Assembly (NCBI GenBank): GCA_003135555.1
Contig: PLCF01000096.1
Location: 1 to 16,604, forward strand
Reading direction: 5' to 3'
DNA: 16,604 nt
Origin: Vulcanimicrobiota bacterium
Lineage (GTDB): Bacteria > Vulcanimicrobiota > Vulcanimicrobiia > Vulcanimicrobiales > Vulcanimicrobiaceae
The notes beneath the pieces are model-generated. The model did no database searches, was not told the DNA's origin, and saw only the letters and a list, made by a program, of their open reading frames with translations. Shown here in pieces: positions 7,092 to 13,400 of the stretch; the first letter of the stretch is position 1, and each line of letters opens with the position of its first letter. The translations under genes were made by a program, and so were the position numbers.

Positions 7092-8078
7092 TTACTTCCC
7101 GATGGCGATCCCGAAGATTGCGAAGCCGGGCACCGGGCCGACCGTGAGCGTCACCGTCGGCGCGCTAGCCGCTGAGAACGGCGGAGCGTAGATCGTAACG
7201 GTCGCGTTGGAAAGGTTCCCGACATACAAGTTGCCGGCCGCGTCGAGCGCCACGGCCTCGGGCGTGTTTACGCCGTTCGTAATGGCGAAGGCCGGCACGC
7301 TCGCCGCAGTGATCGGCAGATTGTAGACGTCGACTCGGCCGGTCGCGCCGGCAACTTGCGACGCGATCAGCTGCGTGGCGCTCACCGCGATTTTGCGGTA
7401 CGCGGTGCTGGCCACGTTGGGCGTGACGATCGGCGCCCCGGTGTACGGCGGAGCGAAGACCAGCAGATCGCTGCACGAGCCGGCACCGCTGCTGCACGTG
7501 AGCGCGGTGCCGGTGCCGGGGTTGGACACATAGAGGTTCGCCGCAGCGTCGAGCGCCGTTCCGATCGTCGAAACGAACGCCGCGTTGGTGATGGACAGCG
7601 ACGGCGTGCTGGCGTTGCTGAACGGATGCGTGAAGACTTTGACGCTGTTTCCGGTCGTCCCGACGAACATGTCGCCGGCGGCGCTGAAGGTAATCTGGCC
7701 CGTGTTCGACCCGCCGCCGTTGGCAAAGGTCGCCGCGGGCGCACTCGCGGCGGAGAGCGGCGCGTTGAAAAACTGCAGGTTGGCGTTGATGTTGCCGACG
7801 GCCATGTTCCCGGTCGCGTCGACGGCGACCGTCACCAGCGACGCCTCGGTCGCGATGGAGAAGTTCTGCGTCGACGCGCCGGTGATGGGCAGCGAGTACT
7901 GCACCACCGCACCGCTGGCGCTGTCGTTGGCGACGTACAGGTGTACCGGAATCGGGGTCGGTGACGGCGTCACCAGCGTCCCGGTCGGAAAGGCCGGCGG
8001 GTTGGTGGACCCGCCGTTGCAGCCGGTTACGGCGGCCGCTACGACGATCGTAGCGGCGATGAAGACGCGTCGAAGCAC
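7092..8078 (-). CDS. Lipoprotein with NHL-like beta-propeller (paralog of 5428..6984), about 328 aa
   Basis: The real start is probably GTG 8078 (GAGGGAG RBS 8093-8087, 8-nt spacing); the ORF-track extension to 8534 overlaps the FAH gene. MLRRVFIAATIVVAAAVTGC lipobox; repeats 'ALDAAANLYVSN' and 'VALDAAGNLYVGN'; C-terminus IAIGK. Confidence 0.82.
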   Translation of the reverse strand: MLRRVFIAATIVVAAAVTGCNGGSTNPPAFPTGTLVTPSPTPIPVHLYVANDSASGAVVQYSLPITGASTQNFSIATEASLVTVAVDATGNMAVGNINANLQFFNAPLSAASAPAATFANGGGSNTGQITFSAAGDMFVGTTGNSVKVFTHPFSNASTPSLSITNAAFVSTIGTALDAAANLYVSNPGTGTALTCSSGAGSCSDLLVFAPPYTGAPIVTPNVASTAYRKIAVSATQLIASQVAGATGRVDVYNLPITAASVPAFAITNGVNTPEAVALDAAGNLYVGNLSNATVTIYAPPFSAASAPTVTLTVGPVPGFAIFGIAIGK

Positions 8079-8143
8079 GATCAAAACTCCCTCACTCAGA
8101 GTGCAGTGACCTTCGGCCGCGCGGTGCCCGCACCTGGGAGGCC

Positions 8144-9007
8144 TCAGCCGGCGGCGACCGCCGGGTTTTCCAGCGCGCCGACGCCTTCGATCTCGACCCG
8201 CACGCGCTCGCCGGGTTTGATCCAGCGGCGCGGCTTGCGCGACGTGCCGACTCCGGCGGGCGTTCCGGTCGCCACGATGTCGCCCGGTTCGAGCGTCATC
8301 ACCGCGCACAGTTCGGCGACGAGCCGCGGGATGCCGAAGACGAGCTGGTCGGTGTTGGAGTCCTGCAACGTCTCGCCGTCGATCGAGCAGCGGATGCGCA
8401 GGTGACCGGGGTCCGGGACCTCGTCGCGCGTCACCAGGAACGGACCGCACGGGCCGTGGGTGTCGAACACTTTGCCCAGCGTCCACTGCGACGTGCGGGC
8501 CTGATAATCGCGCACGCTGACGTCGTTGAAGCACGTGTACCCGGCGATCACCCCGTACGCGTCCGCTTCGCCGACGTGCCGCGCGCGCGTGCCGATCACG
8601 AATGCGAGCTCGGCTTCGTAGTCGACGCGGTTCGACTCCGCGGGGATGACGATCGGCGCTCCGTCGCCGACGAGTGTGTTAGGCCACTTCGCAAACGCCG
8701 TCACGTATTCGGGTAGCTCCAAGCCGACCTCGGCGGCGTGATCGCGATAGTTCAACCCGATGCAGATGATCTTGCTGGGATTGGGGACCGGCGGCAGCAA
8801 CGTCACGGCGCCGGGCGCGACGACGTGCTCGGCGCCCGCGGCCTGCGATGCGCGCTGCGCTTGCGCCAGCGCCGCGGCGCCGCCGGCAAGCAGCTCGAGC
8901 ATCGTGCGGGGCAAGCTCGAATCGACCGCGCACAGGTCGGCGATGCCGCCGGGCGTCTGAGCGCCAAGCCGCCGCTCGCCGCTTGAAACGAAGGTGCAGA
9001 GTCGCAA
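8144..9007 (-). CDS. Fumarylacetoacetate hydrolase (FAH) family protein
   Basis: Motifs PSKIICIGLNYRDH, VDYEAELAFVIG, NDVSVRDYQ, WTLGKVFDT, TLEPGDIVATGTPAGVG and EIEGVGALEN. Likely start is TTG 9007 (MRLCTFV) after GGAGG at 9016-9012. Confidence 0.92.
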   Translation of the reverse strand: MRLCTFVSSGERRLGAQTPGGIADLCAVDSSLPRTMLELLAGGAAALAQAQRASQAAGAEHVVAPGAVTLLPPVPNPSKIICIGLNYRDHAAEVGLELPEYVTAFAKWPNTLVGDGAPIVIPAESNRVDYEAELAFVIGTRARHVGEADAYGVIAGYTCFNDVSVRDYQARTSQWTLGKVFDTHGPCGPFLVTRDEVPDPGHLRIRCSIDGETLQDSNTDQLVFGIPRLVAELCAVMTLEPGDIVATGTPAGVGTSRKPRRWIKPGERVRVEIEGVGALENPAVAAG

Positions 9008-9096
9008 ACGTCCTCCATGTTTAGGGCCAGTGGACCGGGGGTATTCGTCGTCGCGAGGGGCCTTCAGCAATACGTCGCAGCATGCCCTCAGGAGCC

Positions 9097-9135
9097 ACGG
9101 CGCCGTCCGCACCCAGAACAGGTGGACGGCGCCGT
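9097..9135. terminator. Intergenic hairpin between modC and the FAH gene
   Basis: acggcgccgtcc (9097-9108) pairs with ggacggcgccgt (9124-9135), a 12-bp perfect stem about 45 nt downstream of the modC stop; no U-tract in the mod sense. Confidence 0.45.
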
Positions 9136-9178
9136 TCTCTTGTCCAACCGCGCTGACGACCTGCCGCTCGCCCCGCTG

Positions 9179-9820
9179 TCAGGACGGGATGACGCGTCCG
9201 CGCTCGAGCCGCACGACGGGTGCGGCGAAGGCCCCGACGTCGGACTCGTCGTGGGTCACGACGACCACGGGCACGTCGAGCGGCGCCAGCGTTGCGCGCA
9301 ACTCGTCCCGCACGCGCGCCGCCGTGGCGGGATCGAGCGCCGCGAACGGTTCGTCGAGCAGCAAGGCGCGCGGCTCGCAGGCCAGCGCCCGCGCGAGCGC
9401 GACCCGCTGGCGCTCGCCGCCCGACAGCAGCGCCGGTCGCGCACCCGCCAATGCGCCGATCCCTAGCCGCTCGAGCCATTGGCGCGCCGTCGCGGAACGC
9501 GTGCGGCGCGGCACCCCGCGCGCCGCCAGCCCGTACGCAATGTTGTCGAGCACGTCGAGGTGCGGGAAGAGCGCATACTCCTGAAACAGATACGCCACGT
9601 CGCGCCGGAACGGCGGAACGCGGATCCGGCCGTTTTCGAGGACCCGCCCGCCGAGCACGACGCGCGCCGCGTCGGGGCGCACCAATCCGGCGATGACGCG
9701 CAACAGCGTCGATTTCCCGGAGCCGCTGGGGCCCGCCAGCACGGTGACGCCGGACCCAAACGTCAACTCGACGTCGAGCGTGAACTCGCGCAGGCGCTTG
9801 CGCGCGGCGATCTCGATCAC
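9179..9820 (-). CDS. modC: Molybdate (oxyanion) ABC transporter ATPase, short form of 213 aa
   Basis: GTG 9820 overlaps the modB stop (GTGA). Walker A GPSGSGKS, Q-loop LFQEYALFPHL, signature LSGGERQR, Walker B LLLDEPF, H-loop VTHD. The N-terminal 'FTLDVEL' is ModC-like. Confidence 0.85.
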   Translation of the reverse strand: MIEIAARKRLREFTLDVELTFGSGVTVLAGPSGSGKSTLLRVIAGLVRPDAARVVLGGRVLENGRIRVPPFRRDVAYLFQEYALFPHLDVLDNIAYGLAARGVPRRTRSATARQWLERLGIGALAGARPALLSGGERQRVALARALACEPRALLLDEPFAALDPATAARVRDELRATLAPLDVPVVVVTHDESDVGAFAAPVVRLERGRVIPS

Positions 9821-10593
9821 GACGCGCGACGCTCCAGCACGCGGGCCGCGACGACGACCGCGAGCGCGATCGTCACGAGCACCACGGCGAGCGCGGACGC
9901 CAGGTCCAGCTCGCTGCTTTCCAGTCCCAGGTAGACCGCGAGCGGCAGGGTTTGCGTCACGCCCGGCAAGTTCCCCGCGAACATGATCGTGGCGCCGAAC
10001 TCGCCCAGCGCGCGCGCCCACGCGAGCACCGCACCGCCGGCCAACGCCGGCAGCGCCAGCGGAACGGTCACCCGCGCAAACGTGCGCAGCGGCCCCATCC
10101 CCAGCGTCGCCGATGCTTCTTCGTAGACGCGCTCGACCGACGAGAACCCCGCCCGTGCAGCCCGCACGTAGAACGGCGCGCCGACGAAGAGTTGCGCGAG
10201 CACGACCGCGCTCGTCGTAAAGGCGAGCTGCAAATGCAGCGCGCCGAGCAGCGGCCCGGCGCTGCCGTAGCGGCCGAAAACGAACAGCAGCGCCAGCCCG
10301 GCGACCGCAGGCGGCACGACGATCGGCAGATCGACGATCGCGTCGACCACGTCGCGGCCGGGGAAGCGCCCCCGCGCGAGCACGTACGCCAGCGGCGTGC
10401 CCAGTGCCAGGGTGATCCCGAGCGAGACGAGCGTGGTGAGCAGCGAGATGCGCAACGCAGCCAGCGCCGGCGGCGAACCGATCGTGGCGAGGAATCGCCC
10501 GGGGGTGACGTGCGCGTACAGCGCCGCCAGCGGGACTGCGATGAAGAGGATCAGCAGCGCGGAGGCGGCCGCGACCGCGCCGCGGATCATCAC
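9817..10593 (-). CDS. modB: Molybdate ABC transporter permease
   Basis: Hydrophobic 258-aa ORF with DLPIVVPPAVAGLALL, EAA loop 'YEEASATLG' and 'AWARALGEFGATIMFAGNLPGVTQTLPLAVY'. GAGG lies at the GTG/ATG start region. Confidence 0.88.
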   Translation of the reverse strand: MMIRGAVAAASALLILFIAVPLAALYAHVTPGRFLATIGSPPALAALRISLLTTLVSLGITLALGTPLAYVLARGRFPGRDVVDAIVDLPIVVPPAVAGLALLFVFGRYGSAGPLLGALHLQLAFTTSAVVLAQLFVGAPFYVRAARAGFSSVERVYEEASATLGMGPLRTFARVTVPLALPALAGGAVLAWARALGEFGATIMFAGNLPGVTQTLPLAVYLGLESSELDLASALAVVLVTIALAVVVAARVLERRAS

Positions 10594-10741
10594 CTCGGGT
10601 TTGTCCGCGAGCGCCGCATAGGTCAGTCGGCTACGGCGCGCACGCCGAGCGACCTCTCCGGGCAGGGATTACGCCCCGCCCAAGGGCATATCTATAGCCC
10701 GCCTTTCGCGCGGTACGCAAGACGAGACGAAGGAGGCCGGA

Positions 10742-11182
10742 ATGCCGATGCTCCTCGATCGCGAGCGCGGACGTTTTCTCGTCGAGCAAGACGAGCGCCG
10801 TTGGTCCCTCGCCGCAGCCGATGCGCGCGACGGCGTGTTGCAGCGCCGCGCGTTCCGGTACTACCTCGAGCAATACGGCGATCGCGCCAGCGACTTCGAC
10901 GCCGCCGAGGCCGTGTACGGCGAGCTCGTCGGCAACTGCGTGCACCACGCGCCGGGCCGAATCCAGGTGGAGTTCAGCTGGGACGATCGCACGCTGGTGG
11001 TCATCGACGCGTGCGAACGGTTACGCTCGTGGCCCTTCTCCCCCGACGACACGCACGCCGAGGCGACGCACCACGCCTACGCGCTCATCAACGCCTTCAC
11101 CGCCCGCATCCATCTCACGCACGACGCCGGCGGCGGGACGCGCGCGAGCGTGCTGTTACCCGTAGCGCGCGCCGGGCGCTGA
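10742..11182 (+). CDS. Stand-alone RsbW-like (HATPase_c fold) protein with degenerate G-boxes
   Basis: AGGAGG RBS at 10731-10736. N-box 'AEAVYGELVGNCVHHAPG' and C-terminal 'GGGTRASV' mirror the HATPase domain of the 13401..16262 protein (ELIANVVRHAPG ... GGTRVTV). Confidence 0.75.
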   Translation: MPMLLDRERGRFLVEQDERRWSLAAADARDGVLQRRAFRYYLEQYGDRASDFDAAEAVYGELVGNCVHHAPGRIQVEFSWDDRTLVVIDACERLRSWPFSPDDTHAEATHHAYALINAFTARIHLTHDAGGGTRASVLLPVARAGR

Positions 11183-11198
11183 CCCCGCCACAAAGGTC

Positions 11199-11234
11199 GT
11201 TGCAGAGCACAACCACATAGTTGTACGGTCGAAC
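11199..11234 (+). promoter_or_regulatory. Tandem palindromic operators overlapping the putative MarR-gene promoter
   Basis: GTTG-N7-CAAC (11199-11213) and GTTG-N7-GAAC (11220-11234), 21 bp apart. They overlap TTGCAG (11200-11205), 18 nt, TACGGT (11224-11229). Confidence 0.55.
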
Positions 11235-11238
11235 CGTC

Positions 11239-11706
11239 ATGGCGGCTCGACGACGACCCGACCCCGCCCCCGATGCGGAAGCTGCGTTTCACGACCGCAT
11301 GGTGCAACTGGTGCGCTCGCTGGGCGTTCACAAGCCCGACGAGACGCCCTGCGGCCAGCCGGTCAGCATCGCGGAAGCGCACGCCCTGCTTGAGATCGGA
11401 AACGAAACCGGCCTGACCCAGAACGGCTTGTGCGCCCGGTTGCGGCTCGAGAAGAGCACCGTTTCGCGGGTCGCCGGGATGCTCGAGCGCCGCGGTTGGA
11501 TCCGCCGCCTGCGCGATGCGCACGACGCGCGGTTCGTGCGCCTGCACCTGACCCAGCGCGGGATCAAAGCCAACGCGACGATCGGCGCATCGCGCCGGGC
11601 GATGTTCGCCGGCATCTTCGCGGCGATCCCGGCCGAGCGCCGCGCCGAGCTGGTCGATTCGCTGTCGCTGCTGTTGGACGCGACAGCGCAGCGCGCACCG
11701 CGATGA
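11239..11706 (+). CDS. MarR-family transcriptional regulator
   Basis: Winged HTH 'LTQNGLCARLRLEKSTVSRVAGMLERRGWIRR..DAHDARFVRLHLTQRG'. ATG 11239 is preferred to TTG 11221, which lies inside the operator. Confidence 0.9.
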   Translation: MAARRRPDPAPDAEAAFHDRMVQLVRSLGVHKPDETPCGQPVSIAEAHALLEIGNETGLTQNGLCARLRLEKSTVSRVAGMLERRGWIRRLRDAHDARFVRLHLTQRGIKANATIGASRRAMFAGIFAAIPAERRAELVDSLSLLLDATAQRAPR

Positions 11707-11724
11707 GACGCGGCCGTCGGGAGA

Positions 11725-12102
11725 TCACGCCGCCGCGGGTGAGGTGTCCGACCACACGGCGAGCTCGTAGCCGTCGAGATCGGTGAAGTGGAAGCGCCGC
11801 CCGCCCGGGAACGCGAACGGTTCGACGACGATGCTACCGCCGGCGCCTTCGACGCGTGCCTGCGTCGCGGCGAGGTCGGTACCGTACATGATGACCAGCG
11901 GCCCGCCGGGCTTGGGTTCGCCCACCTGCAAGCCGCCGTTGAGGCGGCCGTCCGAAAACCCCGCGTACTCGGGGCCGTAGTCGGTGAACTCCCAACCGAA
12001 TGCCTGGGCGTAGAACTGTTTGGCGCGGGCGATGTCGCGCACGACGAGCTCGACGTAGTCGATCCGCCGGTCGTTGGCCGAGAGGGTGCTATCGGTGCTC
12101 AT
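11725..12102 (-). CDS. VOC/glyoxalase-bleomycin resistance family protein
   Basis: 'RIDYVELVVRDIARAKQFYAQAFGWEFTDYGPEY' and 'FPGGRRFHFTDLDGYELAVWS'. ATG 12102 is 6 nt after a TATGCT -10 box. Confidence 0.92.
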   Translation of the reverse strand: MSTDSTLSANDRRIDYVELVVRDIARAKQFYAQAFGWEFTDYGPEYAGFSDGRLNGGLQVGEPKPGGPLVIMYGTDLAATQARVEGAGGSIVVEPFAFPGGRRFHFTDLDGYELAVWSDTSPAAA

Positions 12103-12108
12103 GTCGTC

Positions 12109-12154
12109 AGCATAGTCCGCGAATCTTGACATCGCCTGTCAGGTTTTGTAGCGT
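12109..12154. promoter_or_regulatory. Divergent leaderless promoters with a central TGACA-N5-TGTCA palindrome
   Basis: Plus strand: TTGACA (12126-12131), 17 nt, TAGCGT (12149-12154), 6 nt, GTG 12161. Minus strand: TATGCT (12114-12109), 6 nt, ATG 12102, with no consensus -35. The palindrome spans 12127-12141. Confidence 0.7.
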
Positions 12155-12160
12155 CGTGAG

Positions 12161-13117
12161 GTGAAGTCCAGCCGGCTGCTCGCGATGCTGCTGCTGCTGC
12201 AAGGCACCGAGCGGCGCTCGGCCCGGCAGCTGGCGGCGGAACTCGAGGTCTCCGAGCGCACCGTCTATCGCGACGTCGACGCGCTGAGCGCGGCGGGGGT
12301 CCCCGTCTACGCCGAGCGCGGCTGCAACGGCGGGATCGTGCTCGCCGCGGGCTACCGGCGCGCGCTCACGCAGTTCGGCGAGGACGAGATCCGGGCGCTG
12401 TTCATCTCGGGCTCCAACCCGCTCGTCGACCTCGGCCTGAGCGGCGGCCGCGAGCGCGCGCTCGAGAAGCTCGCCGGCGCCATGAGCGACGCCCAGCGCA
12501 AAGCCGCCGAGAAAACGCGCGGACGCATCCATCTCGATCAGCGGCGTTGGAACCAAGCCGCGCAGCCGCACGACCATCTCGCCGTGCTGCGCCGCGCGGT
12601 CTGGGACGATCGCCGCGTCGCGTTGCGCTACCGCGACCGCGACGCAAAGACGACCGAGCGAGCCGTCGACCCGCTGGGGCTCGTCGCAAAGGCGGGCGTG
12701 TGGTATCTGGTCGCGCGATCGGCCCAGGAGTAACGCACCTTTCGCGCCGAGCGCATCATCGGCGCGACCGCGCTCGACGAAACGTTCACGCGACCGGCCG
12801 GATTCGATCTCGACGCGTACTGGCGCGACTGGACGTCGTCGGTCGAAGACGGCACACAGCGCTTCCCGGTCGTGCTATCCGTACCCGCGCCGCAGCTGGA
12901 GCTCATCTCGCGGTACTGGGAGGTGCAGCTGCTCACGCCGGCGCGCGGCACGACGCAGGCCGCGATCGTGCGCGTCGTCTTCCCCGGCATCGAGGCGGCG
13001 CTGCATCAGCTCATCGCCTGGGGTGGCCTCGTTTCGATCGTCGAGCCGCGCGAGATCCGCGACGAGCTCGTCACGCGCGCCCGCGCGCTCATCAAGCACC
13101 ACGTCGCGGAGGGCTGA
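12161..13117 (+). pseudogene. YafY-type HTH-WYL-WCX transcriptional regulator interrupted by an in-frame TAA at 12731-12733
   Basis: HTH 'LAAELEVSERTVYRDVDAL' and WYL 'VDPLGLVAKAGVWYLVA', then ...AQE*RTFRAERI...RPAGFDLDAYW in the same frame. The frame continues into ORF 12872..13117 (offset 711 nt) ending 'IVEPREIRDEL'. Full length is 318 codons plus stop. Confidence 0.85.
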
Positions 13118-13128
13118 CTGCGGTCGGG

Positions 13129-13320
13129 CTAGGGGCTCATCAGGCGGCGGCGCGCCTCGGCGTCCTCGAGGAACGTGCTGCGCACGGCGGCGACTGCGGC
13201 GTCGAGGGCGGCAGCGGCCGTCAGTGGGCACGCGCACGACTCACGCGCCGAACCAGGGCACCCACTGGCGCCGTGGCCTTCGACGTCGTGCCCGCAGCGG
13301 CACTCGACCAACGATCCCAT
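13129..13320 (-). CDS. Small Cys/His-rich protein (63 aa), putative metal-binding
   Basis: MGSLVECRCGHDVEGHGASGCPGSARESCACPLTAAAALDAAVAAVRSTFLEDAEARRRLMSP. GAGGT RBS at 13329-13325. It fills the gap between flanking genes and is the 3' part of ORF-track 13129..14028. Confidence 0.7.
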   Translation of the reverse strand: MGSLVECRCGHDVEGHGASGCPGSARESCACPLTAAAALDAAVAAVRSTFLEDAEARRRLMSP

Positions 13321-13400
13321 CACTACCTCGCTACTCGGATCATCGGCGAATCGTGGCCCAGTTCGGGCCCCCCAAGCACAAATCAAACGTTTCGGGTCGC

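Noticed and set aside
5428..8078. Diversity-generating retroelement explanation for the paralogous lipoproteins
   Set aside because: No reverse transcriptase and no near-identical TR/VR pair with adenine-specific differences; the divergence looks like ordinary paralogy.
8079..8534. N-terminal extension of the 480-aa ORF 7092..8534
   Set aside because: Overlaps the FAH gene in another frame; the RBS and signal peptide place the start at 8078.
7015..9066. Shared AGG...CGAA alternative-sigma motif upstream of the FAH and lipoprotein genes
   Set aside because: Spacing is inconsistent between the three sites and the motif is too short to be significant by eye.
9821..10021. N-terminal extension of the ModC ORF
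   Set aside because: Overlaps modB; the GTGA stop/start coupling at 9817-9820 gives the natural start.
10655..10695. Resemblance of GGGCGGGGCGUAAUCCC to the 5' end of an FMN riboswitch
   Set aside because: The downstream conserved FMN elements are not visible and the gene context is not flavin-related.
10684..10700. Possible ModE box upstream of modB
   Set aside because: Only a short TATA-like core; it lacks the two spaced TATAT/ATATA half-sites of the ModE consensus.
12161..13117. WYL gene as a marker of a phage-defence island or CRISPR locus
   Set aside because: It is a YafY-type regulator paired with a VOC gene; no cas, RM, BREX or CBASS-like genes or repeat arrays are in the window.
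12872..13117. Independent 81-aa gene
   Set aside because: In frame with the upstream WYL ORF, has no RBS, and corresponds to its WCX domain.
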